A program made the position numbers and the translations under genes. Below the pieces are notes generated by a model. The model worked only from the letters and a program-made list of their open reading frames with translations. It made no database searches and was not told the DNA's origin. DNA of 64,000 nt from the human T2T-CHM13v2.0 reference genome, Homo sapiens. Positions 1 through 13,268 of the stretch are shown here, one piece after another. Within the stretch, counting starts at the first letter, position 1, and each line of letters begins with the position of its first letter. The DNA lies in assembly GCF_009914755.1 (NCBI RefSeq), contig NC_060925.1. One strand, given 5' to 3'.

Positions 1-1056
1 ATTGCCTTCCCCAAGGAGATGCTCTCTAGGCTGAGTCTTGAAGGAGGAGAGGATGTCACCAAGAGTCCTAGCAAGGTTGAAGAGCTCTCCTAATGCTGGA
101 GGTGCCATGTTCAAAGATCCAGAGGATCGAGCAGCCTGGTAGGCTCCTGGAACCATCAAGCCAGTGTGACTGGAGCAGGGAGAAGATGCCCTGTGGTCTT
201 GCTGTCCTTGGTGTGCTGGTGAGCGTAGGGTGAAATGAGACCAGGCAAGGCCTCCAGTACCAAACTTGTTCCCTAGAATCCCACCTTGTTGTGGATCTTC
301 CTACTCTTTACCCCAACCCACCCCTGCATCCCCCCATAAAAGTTCTATGATCTTCGTCCCACTGCTTGCCTGCTCTCTGATTTCTAGTGTAAATTCATCC
401 AGGTTAGTTTCTTGTTGGATAAAATTATGTTACTATAACATCTAATTCCAGGAGACACAGCCATCATTTCATTCAAATAGTACGTATTTATTAAACACAC
501 AGTGAAAGAGGGCTGTGTTACACAGATACAAGGCAATAGAAGACTTTCCAGGAAAAAGCCATTGAATTCAAAAGAGCAACCTCAATGGGAGAATATGAGC
601 CATTGGAGCAGATACTTTGGAGGAAAACAGCCACATACTCACATATGCTGAGTCTGCCCCAAAAACCTCTGTGCCCCACTCATTCCTGCATTCTTCCAAG
701 GCCCAGTCTTGTCCCCTGGTTGTTATGGATTTTCTATATCTTACTTATCTCCTTTATTTAAAAAAACAAAACCAAACTCTGTAGACTCTTGATTTTGTTT
801 CTAGACAACTTGGACCAAAAGTTGACTGCCTGGTTTGGGTATCATGGGGTCTCCTGTCTTTTCTTCTTGTTCAGATCATGAATAGCCTCTTGGCCCTGCA
901 GAGAGATTTGGATTTTATATTGACCCAAGTTAGAATAGAATATGTTGCAGGAGACAGTGATGAGGCCTCAAAGGAGGCAGGTGCAGTGTAGATAAAAGGA
1001 AGTTGCCTTTGTAATCACATGTATGATGGAAGCATTCATTAACAGATAAAAATATT

Positions 1057-1350
1057 GGCTGGGTGCAGTAGCTCACACCTGTAATCCCAGCAATTTGGGA
1101 GGCTGAGGCAGGTGAATCACGAGGTCAAGAGTTCAAGACCAGCCTGGCCAACATGGCAAAACCCTGTCTTTACTAAAAATACAAAAATTAGCCGGATGTG
1201 GTAGTACATGTCTATACTATTCCAGCTACTCGGGAGGCTGAAGTCAAGAATCACTTGAACCTGGAAGGCAGAGGTTGCAGTGAGCTAAGCACTCCAGCTT
1301 GGGTGGCAGAGACCATCTTAAAAAAAAAAAGAAAAGAAAAGAAAAAAAGA
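1057..1350 (+). mobile_element. Alu (AluS-like)
   Basis: Starts GGCTGGGTGCAGTAGCTCACACCTGTAATCCCAGC; dimeric with A-rich linker and A/GAAAA tail. Confidence 0.93.
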
Positions 1351-3394
1351 AACCACTTTAAAATAAATTACCTGGCCTCAAGCATTCTGTTACAGCAATA
1401 CAAAATGGGCTAAGACAGAAAATACTTAAAGAAGAGGGTACTGATTGAGGTTGAAGTGCTTGATAGACATTTGATTGAAGATTTAGTAAGCAGTGAGCAG
1501 TTTGAGCCTTGCGTTCTATAAGAAGGTTCCAGGTAATACACTGAGGTTTGGAAAACTGTAAGGAAATAGATGGTAGCTGGGGTCATGAAGGTAGACAAGA
1601 AATATTCACTTCTAAGAGGTAGAGGATAAAGAAGATTGTGCAGAGAATTCCAGGAAGGAACAGCTCATAAATGAGAGGAAAAGGAGGATGGCTGTGGCCT
1701 GGGAGCTGGAAGAGATGTTCTCTGGAATAGTAAGCAAAAAAAAAGAAAATCAAAACTACATTGGATTTAACAACTGGAGGGCACCAAGAACCTTGGGTAG
1801 GACCATTTTAGAGGAATGTCCAAAGGCAGAGTACTATGGGCTGGTGAGGAGCAGATGTGGACCGAGCAAGAGCAAAGGATAGCAGATGTGGTCACTTTTC
1901 CATCTGGAAGGCGGAGAGGAAGGGAAGGAAGGGGAGAGTGCATGCTATGGGCAGACTAACAGGATCAGAGGGTTATTTTCCAATGATACTGGAGAGATTT
2001 CTCTAGCATAGGGCAGAGTTTTCTTTCTTTCTACTATGCCCTGGGGATGTACTGAATCCATCCTCATGCCAAGCAAGGATAATAAAAAAGGAATCTTTGA
2101 TAAAATAGAGAGAAATACAGCCTCAATGAATAAAATTACACTACGAATATGAAGGAAAGAAAACTTGGTTTCTCTTGCAGCTGTTTTCTTTTGGGGCTGG
2201 ACCATGAGGGGCCATTTTCCTCTGTTGTCTCCCTCCCTCCTGCTTACCAACTGGCAGGAAGGGGAGGAGGTGGCCATACCAAGGCAGGGCAGGAGATAAT
2301 CCACAGCTCAGGCTCCCAAGGTGGCAAGAGAAAGAGGGGTCAGAGCTAGACCGGAGGACACCATGCCCTGAGGCAGGAAAGGAGACCAAGTGGGGGGCTG
2401 GTTTCTTTGGGGAGCCAAGGGAAGGAGGATGCTGCTTGCAAACAGGCTCTGCTTTCTTTATGGAGTAAGAGGCAAGGCTGTTCTGTGAAGGTAGCAGAAG
2501 GAGGTTTGAGAAACGTGATGAAGTCTGGAAATACGGATGGGAAGGTGCTAGAGGAATGATTAGAAACAGGAAGAGCAGGCCTCTCAAAATCTGATAAGGC
2601 ACTGTTTCATTTTAGCTTGAGTCCTTTTCCCCAGCAGTGCACAGTGGCACTGGGATAAAGCCTTTGGTCCCCCAGGCAGGGCAGGTGAACAGCAGATAGG
2701 AAGGGAGGTGAGAGCAAAAAGGACAGGGTAGAGAAGCGTGGCTTCAATAATGGATCACGTTGGGAGAAGGAAGAGGCCGGTGGAGGAAGGGGAGGGGCTG
2801 GGCAAGCATGGACCACACATGGGTGAGAGCTTGAAAAGGGAAAACTGGAATCAAAGCCTGAGAGGAGGCCAGAGTCTAAAACTTCCCCTCTCACTCTCAT
2901 TTCCATAAAACATTCTTATGGTAGAAGTTTCTGGAATTTTCAGTTTAGTGTCTGGGCAATCCATGTAATTGCTTCATTTACAACTTTATGGAGACATGCT
3001 GAAATTTGGGAATTAATGGCTTGTATTTCAGCATCCTCACAGACTAAAGATTTAGCTATTTCCTGTAAAATTTCCCTCCTTTGTTGATTTCCTTCTTCCA
3101 TGGAGACAGGAGATCAATTCTGCTTCACTTGCCTTAGGGATGATAACAATCAGGTATGAACCAGGCCTGGCATTTAAAAAGTCAGTGATGGATTTCAGGA
3201 CATCAGGGTGAGGGGGCCAGTCTCCTGAGGGCCCTAACTTTCCAACTTTCATCCAGCCAACAGCCATTTCTAGCAACATCCCCATTCAACCTTAGGTGGG
3301 AGGAGTTAGTGAGTTGAGTAGGGGGTTGCCAGAGAGGTGAAGCCAATACCATCAAAATTCCAGAGTGGGATTTTAAATTTACATACGCCTACTA

Positions 3395-4172
3395 CCTTGG
3401 TCTATTCAGGCTGTTATAACAAAATATCATAGACTGGCAACTTATCAACAACAGATATTTCTTACTGGAGGCTGAGAAGCCCTAGATCAAAGTGCCAGCA
3501 GATTCAGTGTCTGGTGAGGACCACTTCCCGGTTCATGGATGGTACCTTCCTGCTGTGTCTTCACATGGTGGAAGAGCTCTCTGAGGTCCCTTTTATAAGG
3601 GCACTAATCCCACTCATGAGGGCTCCACCCTCCTGTCCTAGTAAACTCCCGAAGACCTTACCTCCTAATACTGTCACTGATATGGTTTAGATGTTTTGCC
3701 CCGTCCAAATCTCATGTTGAAATGTGATCTCCGATTTGGCAGGTGGGCCTAACAGGAGATGTCTGGGTCATGAGGGCGGATCCCTCGTAAACAGCTGGGT
3801 GCTTTCCCCACAGTAATGAGTGAGTTCTCATTCTATGAGTTTATGTGAAATCTGGTTGCTTAAAAGAGCCTGGCACCTCCTTTCTCTCTCTTTCCCTTCC
3901 CTCTTGCTCTCGCTCTCCCTCTCTCTCTCGCCATGTGATATATTAGCTCCTCTTCCCCTTCCACTATGATTGTAAGCTTCCTGAAGCCTCACCAGCAGCA
4001 GATGCTGCACTATGCTTTCTATACAGCCTACAGAACTGTGAGCTAAATAAGCCCCTTTGCTTTATAAATTACCTAGGTATTCTTTATAACAATGCAAATG
4101 GACTAATACAATGACCTTGGGGCGTAGGATTTCAACATGTGACTTTTGGGGGCACATGATCATTCAGTCCAT
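3395..4172 (-). mobile_element. MLT1A-like MaLR LTR, interrupted by an MST LTR
   Basis: CAGGCTGTTATAACAAAATATCATAGACTGG...TTTTATAAGGGCACTAATCCC is reverse-complement MLT1; the element resumes at 4111. Confidence 0.8.
3678..4110 (+). mobile_element. MSTB-like MaLR solo LTR nested in MLT1
   Basis: Complete TG...CA LTR: TGATATGGTTTAGATG...GGACTAATACA. Confidence 0.85.
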
Positions 4173-5779
4173 ATACTTAACTTTCCATTTCCCCTAGGAA
4201 GCTGATGTAGCTATCTGCTAACACCCACCTTCCAGGTGAGGACCACAGCTCTAATCCCAAAACATTCAGTTTATAAGCGAGTGAACCGAGATTCAGACAG
4301 ACCAAGTGACTTCTCAAAGTCCTATGACCAGCCAGTAAGAGAGCAGCAATAGAAACCAGGCCACCAGATTCCCTGCCAGCCTCAGGCCATCTCTACCATC
4401 ACACAGTTCATGCAACCAACCTTCTACCCAGCAGTATGTGGGGAGGATGAAAACATAATAAAGGCTTGGGTTTGTAATCATCTTCCTTGCGCACTCAGAA
4501 CACATTGGAAGCAAGTGTGATGAAAGCCCCTCCTCCACATCACTGGCTCCTTAGCTGCAGGTGACACTCCCTGGCCCAGCCATCCATCAGGGCCTTGTGT
4601 TTTGCCTCACAACAAAGTGGCTCCCCTATGGACCTCTCCCAGGATGGATGCATTTTATTCCCAGGAATCTTCTGCATCCTAAGGGGCTTTGAACAGTCAA
4701 AGGCTTCAGGGAGCTAGGAATAGGACTTCCCTGCATGTAAAGGAACTGCGGGTCATAGAGGCAGGGACCAGGTTTGAGCCAGCCATGTCCTTTTGTAATT
4801 CAGATGCCTGGAACTGGCACAGCTCTGGAAGCTCACAGGCTCCTAGAACTTAAAAAGCATCTCTGATCTGGGCAGTCTGCTGTTCAATGCCTCCTAATCT
4901 GCTCCTTAAATATGGCTCCATTCATAAGGTGAGCATCCACTGAAAACAGAGGGAAAGACTTATTCATTCTCCTTGGTCTGTCTTCAAGGGCAGTGACTCT
5001 GCACCTACTGAATAAAGCCATGCTTTCATGCAGAGCATGCCGCAATCTGGCCACAGCATGCCTTTAGCTCACTCTCTCACTTTCTCTCTCCTCTCCTCCC
5101 CTTTGCCTTTCTCTCTGTCTCTCTTTTTCTTTCCTTTCCAAGCTCTATTCAGAGGCTTCAAGTATGCACTGCATATTCTTTCCTTGAGGCATTTGCTTCT
5201 ATGCCTGATACAGATCAAACACACAATAGGCATGTGTTGGGCAAATAATTTTGAAAATGAATGAATGAATGGTGTGATTCTGTCTGCCTAGAAGATTTCC
5301 CTCCTTGTCCTCACTAATTCCAAATCCTTACTCTCCTCTTACTTCATCGAGCTCTTCTCAGAACTCACACAACACTCATTGCCCAAACCTCTCCTTTGAC
5401 CTCTTTCCTGTGTTACTACACACACCACCAAGTGTGTCCTCGTATGTCCTTGTGTTCCCTGTGCTTTGCTGGCATGATATAAGTTGTTGATTAGTTTATT
5501 CCACTATTTTCTACAATTGTTTACTATGTAATTCGTCTCAATAAATATAACATCTATGCCTTGCTTTACAGCTTATAGTGTTCTTGGCCTTGTGTTACCC
5601 CAAGTGGTACCTATAACAATGATGATGAGTTAGAGATCGGGACCCCATTGACCCAACAAGACAACCAAGGCTCCCACAAGGAGCTGTAGATGATGAAACA
5701 GACCTCCAGAGGCAAAATCCACTGCCCCTTCCACTGGTCCAGTGCTGCCAGATCAAGCCTGTTAAGGACAGACGGTCAC

Positions 5780-6958
5780 TGTGATGATTAATTCTGCATC
5801 AACTTGACTGGGCCAAAGGGTGCCCAGATAGCTGGTAAAACATTATTTCTGGGTGTGTCTGTGAGGGTATTTCTGGAAGAAGTTAGCATTTCAATTGGTG
5901 GACTTGTTACAATAGGTATTTAGGCAGACATAAGCAGGGCAGGAGAGTCTCCCCCCAACAACCAGGAATGTTAGGCAACCATCAGGTGATGGCCAGACAG
6001 TTGTTAACTGTCTCTCTAAAATAACTTTTGGGCATGGCTGGCACCAGGGAAAAGCAGTCTCCCAATAAGTAGAAAACACCTGAAGCTGGTGATCAGCCAC
6101 TTCCTGACAAGATCTCAGGAGGTGGGCGAGTAGGCTAAGCATGCACACCAAGAGGAAAAATGGTGGAGTTTAACTGCTATGTGACCTTCCTCTAGGAACA
6201 CTCAACTGGTAAGGGAAGAATGCCTCAAGCAAGCATGTGTACAACTTCAGTAAACACACTGCACATGAGGCCCCTCCCAGTGCTGGCAGGCCATCGCTCA
6301 TGCGAGATAGCTCACCCCAAGGGAAGAATCCCAGGAGAACTGACGCAGACCACAGAAGTGTACCAACATACCAAACCCCAAGCCAAAGGTCAAACCGGGC
6401 ACTTGAATCTCTCAAGTCACTTGCTTGGCCCTCTTCCAAGTGTTCTTTATATCCTTTTGTTCCTGCTCTAAAACTTGCCTCAGTCTCTCACTCTGCCTTA
6501 CGCCCCTCGGTCAGTCTTTCTTCTGAGGAGGCAAGAACTGAGGTTGCTGCAGACCGTATGGATTTGCCGCCACTAACAGACTGAATGAAAAAGATCGCCC
6601 TCACCCATGTGGGCAGGCATCCTCCAATCCTTGAGGTCCCAGATCCAACAAAAAGGCAGGGGAAGAGTGAATTTGCTCTCTCTGCTTGAGCTGGGACATC
6701 CTTCCTTTCCTGCCTTCAGACATCAGCACTCCTGGTATAGGACCAGGACTTCACCATCAGCCCCCTGGCTCTTAGGCTCTCAGACTCGGGCTGCAACTAC
6801 ACCACCAGCTTTCCTGGTTGTCCAGCTTGCAGACAGCAGATCAAGGGACTTCTCGCCTCTGTAATCACATGAATCGGTCCCTCATCATACATCTCTTTTT
6901 ATATATCTGTATGTCTATCCTATTGGTTCTGTTTCTCTGGAGAACCCTGAGTATCTCA
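5780..6958 (+). mobile_element. MLT2 (ERVL) LTR, interrupted by an ERV1 LTR
   Basis: TGTGATGATTAAT...CAACTTGACTGGGCC...; resumes at 6583 and ends near TCTGGAGAACCCTGA. Confidence 0.85.
5905..6578 (+). mobile_element. ERV1 solo LTR (MER50-like)
   Basis: TGTTACA...CTAACA termini with perfect 4-bp TSD GACT (5901-5904 / 6579-6582). Confidence 0.8.
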
Positions 6959-8059
6959 GTCCCCCTAGACCCAGGCTCAGTGACCTTGCCAGAGTTTTGC
7001 CTTCCCTCCAGGCCTGCCTGAGCCAGGGGTTCTCAGCAGTGAGTAGATGCCTCATGGTTCCCAGACAACTGGGTCATCAATAGCACATTCTTGATCTGTC
7101 CCCTGAGTTAATTCCACCTTCCCTTCTCTCCAAGGGTTTGCTCCCAGCTGGGTGTAATTATTAGACACTTTGAAACTAGTAATTATTCTAGTAAATATAT
7201 TTTATTCTTATTTGTACATGAAGCAGAGGGTGGAAATCCTGGATTCCCATATTGTATTAATTGCTTCACCTGATTAAGTTTTAAATTAGATGACGTTTTG
7301 CACTAGTTGGATGGAAGGCAGAAATAAATGTGCCTCAGATGTTCAGGTTTGATTATAGCTGGATGGAGAGAAGGAGAAAGAAAAGGGCATAAAAAATGAC
7401 ATTCATTTATACTGGCTTTAGTGAGCCTCTCAGAAAAGGGGCTCCCAGTCATTTTTATCTAGAATCATCCTAGGTCACAAAGGAGTTGGAGCAGCAGCTC
7501 AGGAATCCTGGTCTTTCTTCAGTTTGGTACATGAGAGTACTGGGTGCCTTGGGGGTTTGGGTGATAAGGGGAGTCTGAACCATAGAATGATTAAGAACCG
7601 GACCCCAATTAAGCTTCACTTTTTTTTAGGTCTGGCTTCTTCTTCTTTAGTGTTTTCATTTGTGCCTAGAGAGGTGAGGGGAAATGTCACTTTGTGCTCA
7701 TGTCTCTTCCAGAAGCAACCTGAAACAGTGCCTGGCTTGCTCAGTTTGTATCCACCTGTGTCTTACTGGAGCTCAACATGCATGGACCTTGCCTCTAGAG
7801 AAAGCCTACTTCTCTAGAAGGTTCCATGTGTATTCAACCCATTCTATTTACCTGTCTCTCCCTCTAGCTTTCAAGGCCTCCAGAGTAGAAGGGGAAGAAA
7901 TCAGACTTTCTTCCCTGCCCTGGGTGTCCCAGAGTGCTGATGATTTTGTCAGCAAATGAACAGAATGGAGGTATCATTCCCTGGGAACTTCCAGGGGCTC
8001 CCAAGTGCTGGATCTGGAAACAAGGGTCACCAATTTGATCTTTATTTACGTATTTAATT

Positions 8060-8481
8060 ATTTTGAGACAGGGTCTTGTTCTGTTGCCCAGGCTGGATTG
8101 CAATGGTGTGATTATAGCTCAGTGCAACCTCCAACTCCTGGGCTCAAGTGATCCTCTTGCCTCAGCCTTCCTTCCAAGTAGCTGAGACGGCAGGCACACG
8201 CCACCATGTCTGGCTATTCTTTTTTTTTTTTTTTCTGGTAGAGATGAGGTCTCACTGTGTTGCCAGGCTGGTCTCAAACTCCTGGGCTCAAGAAATCCTC
8301 CTGCCGAATGGCGGGAACCCGGGAGGCGGAGCTAGCAGTGAGCCGAGATGGCGTCACTGCGCTGCAGCCTGGGAGACAGAACTAGACCCTGTCTCAAAAA
8401 AAAAAAAAAAAAAAAAAGAGATCCTCCTGCCTTAGCCTCCCAGAGTGCTGGGATTATAGGCATGAGCCACTTCACCTGACC
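8060..8481 (-). mobile_element. AluJ containing a nested opposite-strand Alu fragment
   Basis: AluJ-type CTCCTGGGCTCAAG motifs; interrupted at 8306-8415. Confidence 0.9.
8306..8415 (+). mobile_element. 5'-truncated AluY-like insertion
   Basis: GAATGGCGGGAACCCGGGAGGCGGAG... plus poly-A; 16-bp TSD AAGA(A/G)ATCCTCCTGCC at 8290-8305 and 8416-8431. Confidence 0.88.
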
Positions 8482-8737
8482 ACAGGTCTCCAGTTTTAAA
8501 AGCCTATGCCCAGCAGGGGGTTTATCTTCTTTTTCACCTGTCACTCAACATGCAACTAGCCTTGTTTTCTCAGAGTCAACTTCACACCACAGTAATTTAA
8601 GGAAATCTGACAGTGACATATTCATCATCAGAAGAAACAAGACCCAGGCCTTCTAAGGCCGCTTCAGGGCTGGGCCCCATCCCTGCATCTCCCACCCTTG
8701 TCAGTGGGACAAGTGTCCTACATTGTATTCATAGCAG

Positions 8738-9077
8738 TGTTGGGAGATTTTTCCTTAGTTCAGCTAAAGACGGGGTCCTTGTCCCACGGCCACGAAAGAT
8801 TAGGCTCGCAGACAATTTTAAGGGTGAGTAAGGCAGGGTTTTATTGGGTGAAAAATGAAATAAAGGGGAAAAAGAGACTCTTAGCGAAGCCAGACTCCCT
8901 GTCAGTGTGCTTCCCACCTCGCAAACTGAATCGCAGGTGCCACACAGGAAGGGGAGGGGCCGGGCTCCTCCCCGTCAAACAGCACAAACTTCTGTGGCTC
9001 CACTCCAGGGTGCACTCCTTCCAGTGTGCAGGCTGGTTAGAGTTTCTCTGGGGACCCCTTCCCACCTGGCTGTCTCC
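8738..9077 (-). mobile_element. ERV1 solo LTR (MER61-like)
   Basis: TTTTCCTTAGTTCAGCTAAAGACGGGGTCC...CCCTTCCCACCTGGCTGTCTC; 4-bp TSD GCAG (8734-8737 / 9078-9081). Confidence 0.8.
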
Positions 9078-9779
9078 GCAGTGAGCATTTCTTTTTGCTT
9101 GGGTGTTTTCACTCACCTTTCTGTTTGGTTTTCTCCTGTTCTGATAAATCTTTCCATTTCCCTATTGAGATGGTGACTAGCCTGGTATAAGCACACGTAT
9201 CACATCACTCACAGATCTCCATTTGTGGGGTGTGCCTTCTCACCAGGAATGGACCTCTGGGCGTGGGGTGGTCCTCCTGCTTGGAGATCATGTGCGTTTA
9301 CTTTGCAATGCACTACAAGTAATCCAGGAAACTCTAAACCCCTGGGGAGCCTTTGGGTTGCTAAAGTCTTTCATTGGCCGGGCCTGATTAATCTCAGATC
9401 CAATCCCTGATTTCTACTGGGCTCATCCTTTGCTTACAGAACACCTTATGGCTCTTTTTTTTTTGAAACCCCCTTCTGAACCTGAACATTGCCTTAGAAT
9501 CCTTCCCAGAACTCTGACTATTACAAATTGATTGATGTTGGCCTGGAAATTGAAACCTGTTCACCTCCGTTAATGTAGCCCATTTAATAGTGGAAGGGCT
9601 CAATCACCATGGTTGGAAAAATTGATTTTAGCGCTATGTGGTATAAAACAGTAATTTTTGCAGTGAGGCAATATGTTATCCAGAAGGAAGGTAAAGGCAG
9701 ATTAACGTTAGCTTTTGATACATTAGAAGCATATGTTGTGATTCTTAGGGTATTCACTGAAAGAACCAAAACAGATTGC

Positions 9780-10250
9780 TGCCAAAAACAAAATTTCAAC
9801 AAACTGAGTTTAAACATCTAATTGGCTTTTATTAATGATTCATGAATTGGGCAGCATCCTGTCTAAAAAAATAGAAAGAGCTCCACTAGGCCTAGCAGAA
9901 CAGTCAGTTTTTGTAAGGTAACTTGAACAGAAACAAGGAAACAGCTTAATACAGAAAAAGAGGATTGGTTAACATCAGGTTACTTCAGGTTACTTTCTTT
10001 AAAGGGCTAAAGCAGAGGAGACTTCCTTATCATGCCAGCTCAGATTGACTGGGCCCTTATAGATTGGTCGTCCTAAATCTTCTGTTTTTTTGGAAAAAAC
10101 TGGCCAGCTTGGGGATTTTTTCTGTTTTTTTTAAAGTTTCAGTTTGATTATGTGGCACTTAACACAAGTGACTCCATTTTGGTTGGTCTGTAGGGGCTTG
10201 GCACAAGAGCTTAGCTCAAAACAATGGCCTCCCATACATTTTATTTAACA
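9780..10250 (-). mobile_element. ERV1 LTR (MER31-like)
   Basis: Ends AAAACAATGGCCTCCCATACATTTTATTTAACA, the reverse complement of a MER31-type 5' end. Confidence 0.7.
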
Positions 10251-10955
10251 CTGTATACCCCCAACTAAGAGAGGGAAATTGTGAAAGCCTGAGCATAGGA
10301 GAGTAAGCTCAGGTGGGGCCAGAGGTCAGAATGTGAGTAGGCAAACAGGACCATGGGTGGCCCTGTTGTTCTTTGGGATTGAGCGAAGAGTTCTAGGGAA
10401 CCGCAAAATGTCACTGGACAACCACAGCTTCCCTCGTGCCTGTGTATATGCTTGATCTCCTCTTTGGATGCTGCCCTCAGAGCCCAAGCTCCTATTCCTG
10501 TAGCCCAAGGTACCTTCGGCAGGGCAGGTGGGTTGAAGTTGGCATCAGAGGGAGTGTGTGTTCCCAGAACAGTCTGACATCTGGAGAAATTTTAAAGAAT
10601 TGTCTGCCAGAGGGCTTTTCCCTTGTATTTCCCCCAAGATTTACCAATATCTTCATTTTTTGACCCAGAGATTAGAGCTTAGCCATTACCTCTACCACTC
10701 TCACTCCCATCACCATCTCAAACAAGACTAGTCTTAGGCAATAATCCCTAATCATACCAGTTAATAACCAGAGAGAGTCTACATAGCTTTATGAGCAGAT
10801 ACAAAAGAGGAAACCACTCAACAAATGTCTAGTGACCCAGCATGAGTCATGAGTGCCTGCATTTCACTCAGCTAACATTTCCTCAGTGCCTACTATGTCA
10901 CCTTTGATTACTAGCATTTATTGAGCACTTACTGTCATCCAGACATATTACTCAT

Positions 10956-11323
10956 GTTTTTTTTTTTTTGAGACAGCGTCTTGCTATTGACCCAGCTGAA
11001 GTACAGTGGTGCTATCATAGCTCACTGCTACCTCGAACTCCTGGGCTCACGGGATCCTCCTCCCTCAGCCTCCCAAGTGGCTGAGACTACAGCTGCATGC
11101 CACCACACTCGGCTAATATTTGTAGGGGCTTTTTTGGTTTTGTGTTTTTGTGTTGTGTTTGTTTGTTTGTTTGTAAAGACTGGGTCCTACAAAATGTTGG
11201 ACCTGTTAGTCTTGAACCAACCAATGTTGCCCTGACTGGTCTTGAACTCCTGAACTCAACCAATCCTTCCACCTTGGCCTCCCAAAGTGTAGGGCTTATA
11301 GGCATAAGCCACTGCGCCTGGCC
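10956..11323 (-). mobile_element. AluJ inserted in a MIR
   Basis: Antisense Alu with expanded TTTG linker. MIR-like sequence flanks it (ATTTATTGAGCACTTAC upstream; TTTACAGGTGA downstream). Confidence 0.88.
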
Positions 11324-11899
11324 TATATATGTCTTTGATCCTTCCAATAATCCCGCAGAGTAGTTCCCAATATAATGTCCACTTTACAGGTGAAAAAAAC
11401 ATGACACAGAGGAGTGAAACAACTTTCAGGAGCTAGAAATGGGGCCAGTAAAGGAACAGAGCTGGATATTACACATGCTCTATCTGGCTTCACCTCACAA
11501 CAATACGTGACAGTTCCCAGGACAGCCTCAGCCCTCAGTGGGCTTTTGGTTTAGTAAGGAAGTAAACAGGTACACTCAAGACTCCAAAACAGGACAGATA
11601 GGATGAACAACATAAAAGAATGACAAGCGGTGGAAGAGAAGACGGAGAGACCAGGCAATGATGAGGAAGGGAGTGGTTGTGGAAGGATAGGAAGAATTTG
11701 TTTCATCCGTTTCATCAAGAAAGACAGCCACAAAGTTAGTCATGTGAAAAGATGGGACAAGTATGCCAAGAGTAGAAAATAGTGTGAGCAAAGACGTAGA
11801 TTTAGAAATGAAGTTAAGCTTGGGAAATGGATAGAAAGACTGGTTTGCCTGGAGTGTAATAGTAACACTTATAGTAACAACAACAGTAATGATGATGAT

Positions 11900-12072
11900 G
11901 TGTTTTCATACATTGGTGCTGGGAGAATTAAGTGCTGTCTGTACCACTGCACCAGTGAAGAATAACTAGGAGCTCCTGCTGGTTTCTCCTGGACTCTGCC
12001 ATATGTGTCTTTTGCTTTACTCATTTTAACCTGTATCTTTTCACTGCAACAAACTACAACCATGACTATAAC
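11900..12072 (+). mobile_element. Internal fragment of a MER21-like LTR
   Basis: CTGGTTTCTCCTGGACTCTGCC...TTTTAACCTGTATC...AACCATGACTATAACA resembles MER21; no LTR termini are visible. Confidence 0.6.
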
Positions 12073-12109
12073 AACAACAACAAAAAGATGATGATGATGA
12101 CGATGAAAG

Positions 12110-12330
12110 TAATTAATACTTCCATTGTACCAGGCACAAATCTGAGCACTTTATGTATATTCAGCAATTGAATCCTCACCACAGCCCTATGAGGTGAGTA
12201 CTATTATTATGCACATTTTACAGATGAGGAAATGAATGCAGACAAGGACAATTACTTGCGTGAAGTCACAGGCTAGATTCAAATCACTGAGATTCAAATC
12301 CGGGCAGACTGTCTTGAGCCTGTGTGATCT
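12110..12330 (-). mobile_element. MIR
   Basis: MIR core AATCCTCACCACAGCCCTATGAGGT...ATTTTACAGATGAGGAAA. Confidence 0.85.
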
Positions 12331-12389
12331 AAACCACGATGCTTCTGTTGCAGTTAGACAGAACATTAGTGAAACCCACTAAGGAAAAG

Positions 12390-12650
12390 AATACAGGCTT
12401 TGCACACCGGGATTAAAATAACCATTTATTAGTGATGTGACCTTGGGCAAGTTTTTGAACCTCTCTCAATATCAATTTCCGCATTTATCAAATGAACACA
12501 ACACTACCTACATCAGGGCACTGTGAGGAGTAGAGATATATGTTATCTCTACCAGTGTATACCAGATACACACTTATATACCTGTATACCAGATATATAG
12601 GTATATCTGGTATATACTTATATACCAGATAGTACCTGGTATATAAGTGG
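12390..12650 (+). mobile_element. MIR with an internal palindromic insertion
   Basis: TGTGACCTTGGGCAAGT...AACCTCTCT core; the 3' part is disrupted by inverted repeats. Confidence 0.7.
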
Positions 12651-12905
12651 AAAAAGGATGTAGGAATGACAGATGAAGAAATAAATATCTGATTCAGGAG
12701 ATGCTGTTAAAGGCCTTCAGCAAGTAACAGGATTGCAGCTGAGCTATAAGAACTATCTGAAAGGAGTTTATTGGAGGAACAGGTTCTTGACTGGAATGCC
12801 CAAGACATTCTAGGGAATGTCAAAGTCCTAGGTTTATCTCCTCAGAAATTATAAGTATATCATCTAGGAATTCATCCTATGAAAACAGAGATGTACTAAA
12901 GATAA

Positions 12906-13268
<363 letters not shown>

